The position numbers were made by a program, and so were the translations under genes. 64,000 bases of DNA from Patescibacteria group bacterium (GTDB taxonomy: Bacteria > Patescibacteriota > Patescibacteriia > Veblenbacterales > UBA10138): positions 11,147-75,146 of the forward strand of contig JAHITT010000006.1 of assembly GCA_018817715.1 (NCBI GenBank), read 5' to 3'. Under the pieces are notes generated by a model. It saw only the letters and a list, made by a program, of their open reading frames with translations, searched no databases and had not been told where the DNA came from. Positions within the stretch are counted from its first letter, which is position 1. Every line of letters begins with the position of its first letter. This document shows positions 1 to 10,250 of this stretch, one piece after another.

Positions 1-10
1 GTTATCTACT

Positions 11-274
11 TTGTTGTTATTAGTGGCTGGCTGGTTAGTAGTTGGGCAAGTGATAGATTATGATAAGAAATTTTTATATAGTCGATTAATTAAAATAGGC
101 CTGGCTGGTTTATTAATGGCTGCTGTAGTTTTATTATTAATAAACAGTTTTAATTTTGTAGTGGTTATTTTAATTGGGGCTATTTGTTATGGTATATTAC
201 TTGTGCTTTGGGGTGGTATAACTTTAGCGGAAATTCGGCAGCTCTGGTCTCTTATTAAGCGTAAAGCGGTTTAA
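11..274 (+). CDS. small hydrophobic membrane protein (hypothetical)
   Basis: 87 aa ORF with two predicted TM stretches. No recognisable family motif. Confidence 0.35.
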   Translation: MLLLVAGWLVVGQVIDYDKKFLYSRLIKIGLAGLLMAAVVLLLINSFNFVVVILIGAICYGILLVLWGGITLAEIRQLWSLIKRKAV

Positions 275-279
275 GTATT

Positions 280-1368
280 ATGGCGGATATTATTTTATTT
301 ACTACAGACTTTTATCCTAATTTAGGTGGGGTAGCTCGTTATTATGAGGGATTACGGAAATATTGTGATAATTTTCAGGTAGTCAGTCATTTAGTGGGCG
401 CGGAAAAAATAAATAAAGTTAGGCGGTTAAAGTTTTTTTGGCCGTGGTGGCCGCATTGGTTGCCTTTGGTTTGGCAAATTTTTAAAGTCGGTCGTCAGAA
501 TCCGTTAGCGATTTTAGCGGCTGGTCAGATTTTACCCGTGGGCACAGCTTTATGGTTATGGCATTTTTTTACTAGGCGCCGTTATTTTGTTTTTCTGCAT
601 GGCTTAGATGTTAATTTACTTTTAGTTAATCCCTATAAAAAATGGTTGGGTAGGAAAATTTTAAAAGCAGCTTCTTTTGCGGTAGTTAATAGCCAGTATA
701 CCTCTAGTTTGCTTAAAAATTTAATCAGTGATCAATCGAAAATTTTAATTATTTATCCTTGTCCGGATTTGCCATTAGATGTTCCTTCTGGGGCGGCTGC
801 GCAAAGATTGGTTAAATATAATTTAACAGACAAAAAAGTTATTTTAACTGTTGGGCGCTTGGTTAAACGTAAAGGTATTGCCGAGACTTTGGATAGTTTA
901 GCTCCTTGGCTTAAGTCAGATGAAAGTTTGGTTTATGTAATTGTGGGCGATGGACCAGAAAAATCATCTTTGCTTAAAAGGATTGCTGTTGACAATTTGC
1001 CGGTTATTTTAACAGGCGCGGTTGATTCTTTGACTAAAATTGCTTGGTATAACCGGGCGGATATTTTTGTTATGCTACCTTTGGCTGATAGTTTAGATGT
1101 GGAGGGGTTTGGTATTGTTTATTTGGAAGCTCAGGCGGCTGGTTGTTTAGTTATTGGTAATAAACAAGGTGGTGTACCCGAAGCTGTTGGTCAAGCTGGT
1201 TTAATCTTAGATAAGCAGACTGAATTAGTGGGGCTATGCCAAAGGTTATTAGCCGATGAATTTTTGGCTGAAAAATTAAGACAGGCTGGCCGGCAAAGAT
1301 TAGTCCAGTGTTTTAATTGGCCTGAGCAAGTTTCTAAGTTAAAAATTTTTTTGAAAAATAATTTATGA
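280..1368 (+). CDS. glycosyltransferase family 1 (GT4-like)
   Basis: C-terminal GT1 signature EAQAAGCLVIGNKQGGVPEAV (E-x7-E-like motif). About 360 aa, a typical size. ATG at 280. Confidence 0.8.
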   Translation: MADIILFTTDFYPNLGGVARYYEGLRKYCDNFQVVSHLVGAEKINKVRRLKFFWPWWPHWLPLVWQIFKVGRQNPLAILAAGQILPVGTALWLWHFFTRRRYFVFLHGLDVNLLLVNPYKKWLGRKILKAASFAVVNSQYTSSLLKNLISDQSKILIIYPCPDLPLDVPSGAAAQRLVKYNLTDKKVILTVGRLVKRKGIAETLDSLAPWLKSDESLVYVIVGDGPEKSSLLKRIAVDNLPVILTGAVDSLTKIAWYNRADIFVMLPLADSLDVEGFGIVYLEAQAAGCLVIGNKQGGVPEAVGQAGLILDKQTELVGLCQRLLADEFLAEKLRQAGRQRLVQCFNWPEQVSKLKIFLKNNL

Positions 1369-2609
1369 AAAATGACAGAATAGATGTAGTCATGTTTAAT
1401 ATGTCCAGATATGCTGATTGGCAGACTGGTGTGGAGAATCGAAATTTTCATGTTTTGCATACCTTATTGACTGATGCTCGGGTAAGAAAAATAGTGGCTA
1501 TTGATTATTTACCTTTTACTTTTAAAAGGGCCGTGAAACAGTGGTGGCAGGATATTATGTTTGGGTCTTTAGGGGGTAAAGTTTTGTCTCGAGGTTTGTG
1601 GCACAAATTAACAGCTCTTGATAATAAATCAATCACCACTACTGGCTATGGTTCAGCGGAGGCCGAACAATCAGAAGTGTCTTATAAGTTATTTGTTTAC
1701 AGCGATGTTAGTTCTTTTTGGTCAGAGAAATTTTTTTTAAAAAGGTTACATAAACAATTAGAACGTTTAGATTTAAAAAATGTTGTTTTGTGGTCTTATT
1801 TGCCGACTATGGTGGGTATGTATGGTACCAGTTCAGAAATTTGTTCGGTTTTTGACGCTGTAGATAATTGGTTGGAGCATTCTGCTTATCAAGGTTATTT
1901 GGACAGACTCAAGATAAATTATCAGATTATTAGATATAAAGCGGACTTAATTTTTACTACCTCTCCCTTATTAGTAGATTTTTTTGACCGAGCTAAGGGT
2001 TGTTTATTTGTACCTAATGGAGTTAATGTCGACAGAATAAACAAACCACTTAAATTAGTCGGTCGTGATATATTGGATTTACCTAGGCCGATAATTGGTT
2101 ATGTCGGTGTTATTCAACAAGATAGGATAGATATTGATTTGATAGAATATGTGGCTAAACAACATCCTAGCAAGTCTTTGGTTTTTATTGGTCCGGTTTG
2201 GGCTAGTCTGAAATCAATTATTAAAGCCAGGTTATTACCTCTGCCTAATGTATATTTTTTTGGTTATAAATCAAGTTTAGAAATGCCGGCTTATTTGCGG
2301 GAATTTGATGTGGCTATTATGCCTCATTTGGTTAATGATTTTATTCGTTCGACTAATCCGATGAAAATTTACGAATATTTGGCAGCTGGTAAACCTATCG
2401 TGGCTACGCCGGCTGAAGGTTTGAATAATTTTAAGGAATATATTTATTCAGCCCCCACGCCTTTAGAATTCAGTCAGGCTATTAATCAAGCTATTAAAGA
2501 AAATAATCCTGAGTTAGTTGAAAAAAGGCGGGCGGTGGCGGCAATGAATACTTGGCAGAATCGTGTGGATAGCATGATGGAAAAAATAATTAATTGTTTG
2601 CCTGAGTAA
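1365..2609 (+). CDS. glycosyltransferase family 1-like
   Basis: ATGA start/stop overlap with the upstream gene. The C-terminal half resembles the GT1 fold region (FGYKSSLEMPAYLREFDVAIMP...YEYLAAGKPIVATP). Confidence 0.6.
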   Translation: MKNDRIDVVMFNMSRYADWQTGVENRNFHVLHTLLTDARVRKIVAIDYLPFTFKRAVKQWWQDIMFGSLGGKVLSRGLWHKLTALDNKSITTTGYGSAEAEQSEVSYKLFVYSDVSSFWSEKFFLKRLHKQLERLDLKNVVLWSYLPTMVGMYGTSSEICSVFDAVDNWLEHSAYQGYLDRLKINYQIIRYKADLIFTTSPLLVDFFDRAKGCLFVPNGVNVDRINKPLKLVGRDILDLPRPIIGYVGVIQQDRIDIDLIEYVAKQHPSKSLVFIGPVWASLKSIIKARLLPLPNVYFFGYKSSLEMPAYLREFDVAIMPHLVNDFIRSTNPMKIYEYLAAGKPIVATPAEGLNNFKEYIYSAPTPLEFSQAINQAIKENNPELVEKRRAVAAMNTWQNRVDSMMEKIINCLPE

Positions 2610-2610
2610 T

Positions 2611-3468
2611 TTGGTATTTATGAACAATTCTTATACCGTAATTATAATCTCTTGGAATGTTCGGGAGTTACTGAGGCGCTGTTTAGTTTCTTTACAACCT
2701 TGGTCTAAACAAGTGCAGGTAATAGTGGTTGATAATAATTCCCAAGATAATAGTGTTTCTATGGTTAGCCGGGAGTTTTCTTGGGTGGAATTAATATCCT
2801 TACAAGAGAATAAAGGCTTTGCGGTAGCTAATAATTTAGCGGTTCTAAAGGCTCGGGGAGATTATTTGGTTTTGCTTAATCCTGATACTTATATTGCTCA
2901 GGATTTTTTTAATCGTTTAGATGATTTTTGGCAAGTTTACCCACTAGCAGCTGTAGTTGGTGGACAAATAAGGAACGAAGATGGTTCTATACAGCCTTCG
3001 GTTAGAAAATTTCCCACTGTTTGGTCCCAGTTAGTTGTTTTATTAAAATTAAGTCGTTGGTTGCCTGGTTTATTGTCGGATTATTTATGTGCCAATTTTG
3101 ATTATAATAAGCCGTCGGTGGTCGACCAGGTTATGGGTGCTTGTTTTATTTGTTCTAAACAAACTTGGCAAGTTACCGGTGGTTTCGATGTTAATTTTTT
3201 TGTTTGGTTTGAAGAAGTGGATTTTTGTCGACGTTTAAAAGAAGTAAACCATCTTACACGTTACGAGCCAACCATTAAGGTTTGGCATAGTCAAAAAGCC
3301 AGTTTCAGTCAGCTTGATTTTTTAACTAGACATAAAATGTTTAGTCGTAGTTTGCTTTATTATTCACGTAAGTATTTTAATTTTTGGTCTAACTGGTTAC
3401 TTGTGGTAGCTTCTTTTTTGGGTTATCTTTTAGCTTATGCTGGAAAATTTTTTTACCGACAAAAATAA
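2611..3468 (+). CDS. glycosyltransferase family 2
   Basis: N-terminal VIIISWN...VIVVDNNSQDNS (GT2 DXD-region signature) and LNPDT motif. Confidence 0.7.
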   Translation: MVFMNNSYTVIIISWNVRELLRRCLVSLQPWSKQVQVIVVDNNSQDNSVSMVSREFSWVELISLQENKGFAVANNLAVLKARGDYLVLLNPDTYIAQDFFNRLDDFWQVYPLAAVVGGQIRNEDGSIQPSVRKFPTVWSQLVVLLKLSRWLPGLLSDYLCANFDYNKPSVVDQVMGACFICSKQTWQVTGGFDVNFFVWFEEVDFCRRLKEVNHLTRYEPTIKVWHSQKASFSQLDFLTRHKMFSRSLLYYSRKYFNFWSNWLLVVASFLGYLLAYAGKFFYRQK

Positions 3469-4948
3469 ACCTGATTTTTTATTCAAATATCGTTATTGGT
3501 TAGTCGGTTTGGTGGTTTTTTTTGCTTTGGATATTGTCTCCTGGCTGGGGTGGCAATATAAAGGTTGGGGAAGCTTATTGGCCATAGGATTAGCCTTAGG
3601 GTGGTTATGGTTAGCTAGTCGAAAAATATCTTGGGGATTAATTTGGTTAGTAGCTGAACTTATTGTGGGTTCTTTTGGGCGTTTATTCATCGTGGAATGG
3701 GCCGGTTGGTGGTTACCTTGGCGCTATTTAATTTTTATATTTGCTAGCGGTTTGTTAATAGTTAAAATTTGGTCCCATAAAGAATATTTTTTAAAACAGC
3801 CAAAGGAAATTGGTTGGTGGTTAGTTAGTTTGTTTGTTTTGTTGAGTTCTCTGGTGGTGGCCATAGTTAAAGGTAATAGTTTTTATAATATTTTTTTGGA
3901 TATGAACGGATATTTGTATCTTTTGCTTTGGCCCATGTTTTTGTTGGCTAAAAAAGAATCAGCTGATTTATGGTTACAAGCTAAGGAGATTTTATCAGCG
4001 GCTGTGATATGGTTAGGTTTAAAAACTTTATTCATGTTTTTTCTTTTTGGTCACTATCCGGCCTATGAGTTATCTTTGGTTTATAGTTGGTGGCGCGATA
4101 CTGGTTTGGGAGAAATAACCAGTTTAGGTACTGGTTATTATCGTATTTTTTCCCAGAGTCATCTTTGGTCAACTTTGGCAGCTATTAGTGGTTTAGCTTA
4201 TTTAGCTGTAACAAAAGTAAAAAATAATAAAAATTTTGTAGTAGAACCTATTTTAGGATTATTTATTTGGTTTAATTTAATGGTGGTGCTGGTTAGTATG
4301 TCGCGTAGTTTGTGGTTGGGTTTACTGGTTGGTTGGTTTATTTTGTTGGTAGTCATAATGATTAAAGCTGGCAGTAGATCGTTTTTTGTTTATGGTTTGG
4401 TTAGTTTTATTTTGTTGTTGTCCGCTTGGGGTGGTCTTAAGGTCTTGTCTAATTTGACTACTTTGGGTCAGCCCACCATTAGTTCGATTGATTTAAGTGG
4501 GCGTTTTAGTAGCAACGAAGCCGCCGGGCAAAGCCGTTTGCAATTATTAGGGCCTTTAGTTAAGGCGACGGTTGATAATTTATGGTTAGGAGCTGGTTTT
4601 GGGGCAACGGTTGAGTATCAGACCAGTGATCCCAGAGTCGTTAAAGCCACAGCCGGCGGTACTGGCTGGGTAACAACTTATGCTTTTGAGTGGGGTTATT
4701 TAGATTTATTGTATAAATTGGGTTTAATTGGTGCTATTATTTATTTGTGGTTTTTTTTACGTTGGTTAGATTATACTATTTTAAAATCTGGCCAGCTAAT
4801 TACTTTTTATAAATTAGCGGCTGTGGGTACTTGGGGGGTTTTGTTGGTAACTAATTTGACCACACCTTATTTAAATCATCCTTTGGGTATTGGAGCGGCT
4901 ATGGCTATAATGATATTTTTGGTGAATAAAAAAACAATTTATGTTTAA
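3437..4948 (+). CDS. O-antigen ligase/polymerase-like (Wzy_C) polytopic membrane protein
   Basis: At least 10 hydrophobic helices. Periplasmic-loop motif R-x-L...NLWLGAGFGATVEY and W-rich helices are typical of the Wzy_C family. Confidence 0.5.
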   Translation: MLENFFTDKNKPDFLFKYRYWLVGLVVFFALDIVSWLGWQYKGWGSLLAIGLALGWLWLASRKISWGLIWLVAELIVGSFGRLFIVEWAGWWLPWRYLIFIFASGLLIVKIWSHKEYFLKQPKEIGWWLVSLFVLLSSLVVAIVKGNSFYNIFLDMNGYLYLLLWPMFLLAKKESADLWLQAKEILSAAVIWLGLKTLFMFFLFGHYPAYELSLVYSWWRDTGLGEITSLGTGYYRIFSQSHLWSTLAAISGLAYLAVTKVKNNKNFVVEPILGLFIWFNLMVVLVSMSRSLWLGLLVGWFILLVVIMIKAGSRSFFVYGLVSFILLLSAWGGLKVLSNLTTLGQPTISSIDLSGRFSSNEAAGQSRLQLLGPLVKATVDNLWLGAGFGATVEYQTSDPRVVKATAGGTGWVTTYAFEWGYLDLLYKLGLIGAIIYLWFFLRWLDYTILKSGQLITFYKLAAVGTWGVLLVTNLTTPYLNHPLGIGAAMAIMIFLVNKKTIYV

Positions 4949-6002
4949 TAAACAAGCAGCACCTGCTTTAACAATTAGTTTAGTAACTCATAATGGGCAG
5001 CGTTGGTTACCTTATTGCTTAGCGGCCGTAGCTAATCAGATTTATCAAGATTTCTTTTTTTTAATTATTGATAATGGCTCTTTGGATAATACTGTAGCTA
5101 TAATTAAAGATTTTTTAATAAAGAATCCCGAATTTAAAAACCGATCTCGTTTGATACAACACAAAAATAATATTGGTTTTGCTCGAGCTCATAACCAAGC
5201 CATTGCTTGGACCGACAGTAAATATATTTTGCTTTTGAATCAGGATGTTAAATTATCTAAATTTTATTTAGCCACTCTTATTAAACAAATGGCTAAACAG
5301 CCGACTGTGGCGGCGGCCAGTGGCAAGTTGATTCGTTGGGTTTTATCAGCCGCTGAAGGTGGTTTGGAAGCTTCAACCACTTTAGGGGCTGAATATTTGG
5401 ATTCAGCTGGTTTGGTAATTAAAAAAACCAGGCGGGTTATGGAGCGGGGCGGTGGCCAGCCAGACACAGGTCAGTATGATAAGGCTAGTTTAGTTTTTGG
5501 TATTAGCGGGGCAGCGCCTATTTATAAACGGTCGGCTTTATTGGCGGTGGCCAGTGATTGGGAAATTTTGGATGAAGATTTTTTTTCTTATAAAGAAGAT
5601 GTTGATTTGGCTTGGCGTTTACAACGAGCTGGTTATGAGGCTTTTTATTTGCCCGAGGCCGTGGCTTACCATGATCGTTCTTTGGTGTTAAGTGATTCTT
5701 GGCGTAATTATCGTTTAACTAGGCGACAGCGCGCTCCGGTTTGGCGTATTTATTCTTGGTCTAATCATTTGTTTGTTTTGTTAAAGAATGATGGTTGGTT
5801 TAATCTTTTAAGAGATTTACCTTGGTGGTTGGGCTATGAATTAGCTAAATTTTTTTATATGTTGCTGTTTGAGCCTATTTTATTAAAAAAAGCTGTCAGT
5901 AGATTTTTTTATTTATTGCCAACCATACTTAGAAAAAGAAAAATTTTACGCCAGAGTTGGCAAAGACCTTCTGGCCAGTTGAGACGTTGGTGGTTAAAAT
6001 AA
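4941..6002 (+). CDS. glycosyltransferase family 2
   Basis: LTISLVTHNGQRWL...FLIIDNGSLDNT and LLLNQDV motifs (GT2-like). C-terminal extension. Confidence 0.65.
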   Translation: MFNKQAAPALTISLVTHNGQRWLPYCLAAVANQIYQDFFFLIIDNGSLDNTVAIIKDFLIKNPEFKNRSRLIQHKNNIGFARAHNQAIAWTDSKYILLLNQDVKLSKFYLATLIKQMAKQPTVAAASGKLIRWVLSAAEGGLEASTTLGAEYLDSAGLVIKKTRRVMERGGGQPDTGQYDKASLVFGISGAAPIYKRSALLAVASDWEILDEDFFSYKEDVDLAWRLQRAGYEAFYLPEAVAYHDRSLVLSDSWRNYRLTRRQRAPVWRIYSWSNHLFVLLKNDGWFNLLRDLPWWLGYELAKFFYMLLFEPILLKKAVSRFFYLLPTILRKRKILRQSWQRPSGQLRRWWLK

Positions 6003-6006
6003 TATT

Positions 6007-6816
6007 ATGGATCTTTCAATAATTATTTTAAATTACAAAACTGGTGGCTTGGTTCGTCAGTGTTTAAGGGGTGTAATTGAGGCGGAGCTAAAATTAGATT
6101 ATGAAATTTTATTAGTGGATAATCACTCTCAAGATGATAGTTTGTCTTGGGTACAGGATAATTATCCAACGGTTAGAACAATAAGTTTACCTGTTAATCG
6201 GGGATATTCAGCTGGTAATAATGAGGGTATTAGGCGAGCCAAAGGAAAATATTTGCTCATTTTAAATCCAGATGTCACTATTTTTGCCGGCAGTTTAGAA
6301 AGGTTGGTAGCTTTTATGGAAAATAATCCAACAGTCGGTTTAGCTGGGCCAAGATTAAACAATCCCGATGGTAGTTTGCAGTATTCCGCTTATAGTTTTC
6401 CTAATTTTTGGTTACCTTTAATCAGACGAACCTGGTTGCGGCATTTGGGTTGGTTTAAACCCTTATTAAGGAAATATCAGTTAATGGATTGGTCTCATCA
6501 GGATAATCAGCCGGTTGATTGGTTATTAGGGGCTTGTTTAATTGCTCGAGCAGCCGCTGTGGAGCAAGTGGGTCTGCTTGATGAAAGATTTTTTCTTTAT
6601 GTGGAAGACACGGATTGGTGCCGACGTTTTTGGCAAAAAGGTTGGCAGGTTTATTATGCAGCTGATGTGGAGTTAGTTCATTTTCATGAACGTTTATCAG
6701 CGCAGGCTAATTTTGGCGCTCTTTTTAAAAAAATAACTTGGATTCATATAGCTTCCTGGTTTAAGTATTTTTTTAAATGGAGGATGAGATATCAAGACAA
6801 ATTAGACAGATTTTAA
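6007..6816 (+). CDS. glycosyltransferase family 2
   Basis: LSIIILNYKT...LLVDNHSQDDS, LILNPDV and DEDFFLYVEDTDWCRR, a classic GT2 (rhamnosyltransferase-like) motif set. Confidence 0.75.
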   Translation: MDLSIIILNYKTGGLVRQCLRGVIEAELKLDYEILLVDNHSQDDSLSWVQDNYPTVRTISLPVNRGYSAGNNEGIRRAKGKYLLILNPDVTIFAGSLERLVAFMENNPTVGLAGPRLNNPDGSLQYSAYSFPNFWLPLIRRTWLRHLGWFKPLLRKYQLMDWSHQDNQPVDWLLGACLIARAAAVEQVGLLDERFFLYVEDTDWCRRFWQKGWQVYYAADVELVHFHERLSAQANFGALFKKITWIHIASWFKYFFKWRMRYQDKLDRF

Positions 6817-6861
6817 GGTTCCAATTTTTAAGCTTTTTTGAATTGACAAATAAGCTTTTTT

Positions 6862-7887
6862 TTGTTAGATTTTGTTCATATGTTTGTTAAAAAAATTGGT
6901 ATAGATTTGGGTACAGCTTATTGTTTGGTGCACGTGCCAGCCAGAGGCATAGTTATTAATGAACCATCGGTGGTGGCTATTGCTACGGCCGATCGGAGTG
7001 TTTTGGCAGTTGGCGAAGAAGCTAAAGAAATGCTTGGTCGAACACCAGATACTATTGTGGCTTTACGTCCTTTAAAAGATGGGGTGATTGCCGATTATCA
7101 TACAACCGAAGCCATGTTAAGGTATTTTATAAATAAAGCTTTAGGTGGTATACGGTTTTTTAAACCCGAAGTTATGATTGCGGTACCAGCCGGTATAACT
7201 TCAACTGAACGTCGGGCGGTTATCGACGCTACTATGGCCGCTGGAGCTAAGGCTGCTTATATTATAAAAGAACCGATTGCGGCGGCTATTGGAGCTAATA
7301 TTCCCATTGGCTCGGCTTCTGGGCACATGATAGTGGATATGGGTGGAGGAACCAGTGAAGTGGCGGTAATTTCTTTGGGTGGTATTGTGGCTAATACTTC
7401 GGTTAGGATTGGCGGTAATAAATTGGATTCGGCTATAGCTGATTTTATTCGTAAAAAATATGGTTTAGCTGTAGGTGAACAAACAGCAGAAGATGTTAAA
7501 ATTCGTATTGGTTCGGCTTTATATTTGGAAGATAAATTAACTATGGACGTACGTGGTCGGGATATGGTTTCTGGGTTGCCACGAACTGTGGCTATAACTT
7601 CGGATGATGTTACTGAGGCTATTCAGAATGAATTAGAAGGTATAATTCACGCTCTTAAATCAGTTTTGCAAATAACGCCACCGGAGTTGTCGGCTGACGT
7701 TATAGATAAAGGTATGGTTTTGTCTGGTGGTACAGCCTTATTAAGGAATATTGATAAACTTTTTGCCCAAGCCACTGGCGTTTCAGCCTATGTGGCAGAT
7801 GAGCCTTTGTTATGCGTAGCTAAGGGTACAGGTGTAGCTTTGGATAATTTGGAATCTTATAAGAGGAGTATCTTGTCGACTAAATAA
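6862..7887 (+). CDS. mreB: rod-shape determining actin homologue MreB
   Basis: KIGIDLGTAYCLVHV N-terminal phosphate-1 motif and actin/Hsp70 fold motifs (DMGGGTSEVAVIS, LSGGTALLRNIDKL). About 340 aa. The true start may be the ATG at 6880. Confidence 0.85.
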   Translation: MLDFVHMFVKKIGIDLGTAYCLVHVPARGIVINEPSVVAIATADRSVLAVGEEAKEMLGRTPDTIVALRPLKDGVIADYHTTEAMLRYFINKALGGIRFFKPEVMIAVPAGITSTERRAVIDATMAAGAKAAYIIKEPIAAAIGANIPIGSASGHMIVDMGGGTSEVAVISLGGIVANTSVRIGGNKLDSAIADFIRKKYGLAVGEQTAEDVKIRIGSALYLEDKLTMDVRGRDMVSGLPRTVAITSDDVTEAIQNELEGIIHALKSVLQITPPELSADVIDKGMVLSGGTALLRNIDKLFAQATGVSAYVADEPLLCVAKGTGVALDNLESYKRSILSTK

Positions 7888-7961
7888 AGTTTAGCTACTT
7901 ATTTAATTAGGCAATTAAATCATTAAGGTCAGTGGGTGTTTGGGATTTATAAACTTACTTA

Positions 7962-9245
7962 ATGTCTTTAGAAATTTTATCATTTTTATTATTAATTCCT
8001 CTAGCCGGTCTAACTTGGTTTAACTGGCCAAAGGCGGTGGCCGGATTGTTATTTTTTTTGCCAGCCTATCTTATTAAGGTTGAAATATTTTCTTTGCCAA
8101 TTAACTGGTTAGAGGCGGCTGTGATAATACTTTTTGCTATAGCCTTGTTTAAGGGGTATGGTTTATCTTTGGTAAAATTTTTAATAGATAAAAAATATCG
8201 TTCCTGGTTAGTAATTATTTTGCTGTGGTTGCTGGCGGCGGTTTTAGGAGTTTGGTTGGCTAAGGATTCAAGGCTAGCTTTGGGTATTCTTAAGGGTTGG
8301 TTTATAGTGCCTTTTATGTGGCTGTGGTTGGCTGGTTTTACTGTTAAGTCGGGCCAAAAATTAGGTTGGGGGCGTTTAGCAGCTAAAGCCTTGGTAGCCA
8401 ACGGTTTTATTACGGCTTTGATTAGTTTATTGTTGTGTTTGTGGTTAGGCGGCCGGTCTGGTGGCTGGTATAATTCACCCAATGTTTTGGCTATGTATCT
8501 TTTGCCGATTTTTTGGTTGAGTGTTTGGCAATTATTTTATGGTAAAGATTTTTACTGGTCGGGTCGGTGGAATAATTTGGTGGGGGCTATGGTTGGAGTA
8601 GTAATTTTGGTAGCTATAATATTAACCGGTTCATACAGTGCTTTAGCTAGTTTAGTTATAACAGCTGCCTTGTGGGGTATTGTTAAAAAATATTCTCAGA
8701 GTAGAATTAAAGTAATACTGGTAGCTTTAGTTTTTTTATTGGGTTTAGTTGTGCCGGTTTTTGTAACAGTTAATAATAATTGGCCTTGGTTTAGTCATTC
8801 TAATAATCTTTATGGTTTAACTTCCGGTCAAATTAGACAAGTTTTTTGGCGCGAAGCCTTAGTGGTAATAAAACAGCGGCCTTTATGGGGAATTGGTTTG
8901 GGCGGCTGGCAACCATTATTCAAACAAGACATTCAACCTGGTTTACCCGAGAATAAACAACCTGGTTATAGTATAGAGTTTCATTATGCCAGTTTATTTC
9001 CTCATAATTTATATTTAACGGTTTGGTTGTTTCAGGGAATTTTTGGTTTAGGGTTGTTACTGTGGTTGTTTTTAAAAATTGCTGACAGTCAATCCAATTT
9101 AGCTTGGCTGATGTTGTTTCCTTGGCTTTTGTATTCAATAGTAGATACACCTCTTTATAAAAATGATTATGCTTTTTTATTTGTTTTTATATTATTAATT
9201 GCTTGGGCTTGGGAGGCTGATGAATTAACAGCAACTTATTCATAA
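7962..9245 (+). CDS. O-antigen ligase/polymerase-like (Wzy_C) polytopic membrane protein
   Basis: Polytopic protein. Loop motif RQVFWREAL...PLWGIGLGGW...FHYASLFPHNLYL (the H-N-x-Y-L signature of Wzy_C/O-antigen ligases). Confidence 0.55.
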   Translation: MSLEILSFLLLIPLAGLTWFNWPKAVAGLLFFLPAYLIKVEIFSLPINWLEAAVIILFAIALFKGYGLSLVKFLIDKKYRSWLVIILLWLLAAVLGVWLAKDSRLALGILKGWFIVPFMWLWLAGFTVKSGQKLGWGRLAAKALVANGFITALISLLLCLWLGGRSGGWYNSPNVLAMYLLPIFWLSVWQLFYGKDFYWSGRWNNLVGAMVGVVILVAIILTGSYSALASLVITAALWGIVKKYSQSRIKVILVALVFLLGLVVPVFVTVNNNWPWFSHSNNLYGLTSGQIRQVFWREALVVIKQRPLWGIGLGGWQPLFKQDIQPGLPENKQPGYSIEFHYASLFPHNLYLTVWLFQGIFGLGLLLWLFLKIADSQSNLAWLMLFPWLLYSIVDTPLYKNDYAFLFVFILLIAWAWEADELTATYS

Positions 9246-9248
9246 TTT

Positions 9249-10244
9249 ATGGCTACTTTAATTGGGCATTTAGAAATATATGATTATTTAATTAAAGCTA
9301 TTAACCAAGCGGCTGGGCATGCTTTTTGTTTGGTGGGTCCCAAGCATGTTGGTAAAACCACTTTAGTTGAACTAATGATTAATAAAATTTTTTGTGAGAG
9401 GCTACAGCAAAAATGGCCGGATAATTCTTGTTTTAGTTGTCGCCAGAATATTAATCGTCAGCATAGTGAAGTGTTGTGGCTGACTAAATCGGCTGATAAA
9501 AAAAATATAGGTATTGATGAAATTAGAGCTTTAAAGAATTTTGCTCAGTTGTCTAGCGGTTCGTCCATTCGTCGAGTAGCTGTTATTGAAGGGGTAGAGG
9601 ATTTAAATGATCAGTCGGCTAATGCTTTAATTAAAATATTAGAAGAACCGCCTAAAGGATTTTTATTTTTTTTATTAGCCGACAGCACCTTAGACACTCC
9701 GGCGACTATTTTATCACGTTGTCAGTTGGTTAAGGTTGGTTTAGTTAAGCCCGCTTTGATTAGCCAGGCTTTACAGGACCGAGGATATAATACAGAACAA
9801 AGCGAGCAGTTAGCGGATTTTTCTAAAGGCCGACCCGGTTGGGCTTTATTATACGGTCAGGATGAAGTCGCTTGGCAGGAGGTTTATCAAAAAGCTGATA
9901 GTTTATTAACCATTTTAAATAGTTCAAATATTTGGCAAGCAGCTCAGGATTTTTATGAGCAGGAATTTAAAAAGACAGCTACTAAAGGATTAGATGTAAC
10001 TAAGGCAGAAGAATTGCTTAGTATTTGGGGTGAAGTAGTTAGGGATTTATTATTGTTTAAATTAGGCTTAATTACTTATTTGCGTTATCAAAACTTAAAA
10101 AATAAGCTAGAATTAATAGCAGGGAAGTATCCGCTTAGTAAAATGTTGGGTTGGCTTTATGCTATTTTATTGGCTGGTCGTCAATTGCGCCAAAATGTTC
10201 AAGTTAAATTGGTTTTAGATGCTTTAATCAGTCGATTAATTTAA
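9249..10244 (+). CDS. holB: DNA polymerase III delta-prime subunit
   Basis: Degenerate Walker A GPKHVGKTT, a Zn-module CFSCRQN and sensor SRCQLVK. 331 aa, a typical HolB length. Confidence 0.7.
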   Translation: MATLIGHLEIYDYLIKAINQAAGHAFCLVGPKHVGKTTLVELMINKIFCERLQQKWPDNSCFSCRQNINRQHSEVLWLTKSADKKNIGIDEIRALKNFAQLSSGSSIRRVAVIEGVEDLNDQSANALIKILEEPPKGFLFFLLADSTLDTPATILSRCQLVKVGLVKPALISQALQDRGYNTEQSEQLADFSKGRPGWALLYGQDEVAWQEVYQKADSLLTILNSSNIWQAAQDFYEQEFKKTATKGLDVTKAEELLSIWGEVVRDLLLFKLGLITYLRYQNLKNKLELIAGKYPLSKMLGWLYAILLAGRQLRQNVQVKLVLDALISRLI

Positions 10245-10250
10245 AGAAGT

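Noticed and set aside
8066-8482. 138 aa minus-strand ORF inside the Wzy_C-like gene. The same applies to other antisense ORFs such as 1191-1460, 3493-3690, 5264-5467, 6162-6362, 8920-9150, 11436-11750, 37756-38112, 38609-38890, 29915-30166, 42709-42960, 59128-59686, 60736-60936 and 61042-61269.
   Set aside because: These lie entirely inside well-supported sense-strand genes with family motifs. Their composition is low-complexity (Pro/Lys/Asn-rich) and typical of antisense frames in AT-rich DNA. There is no RBS and no recognisable domain.
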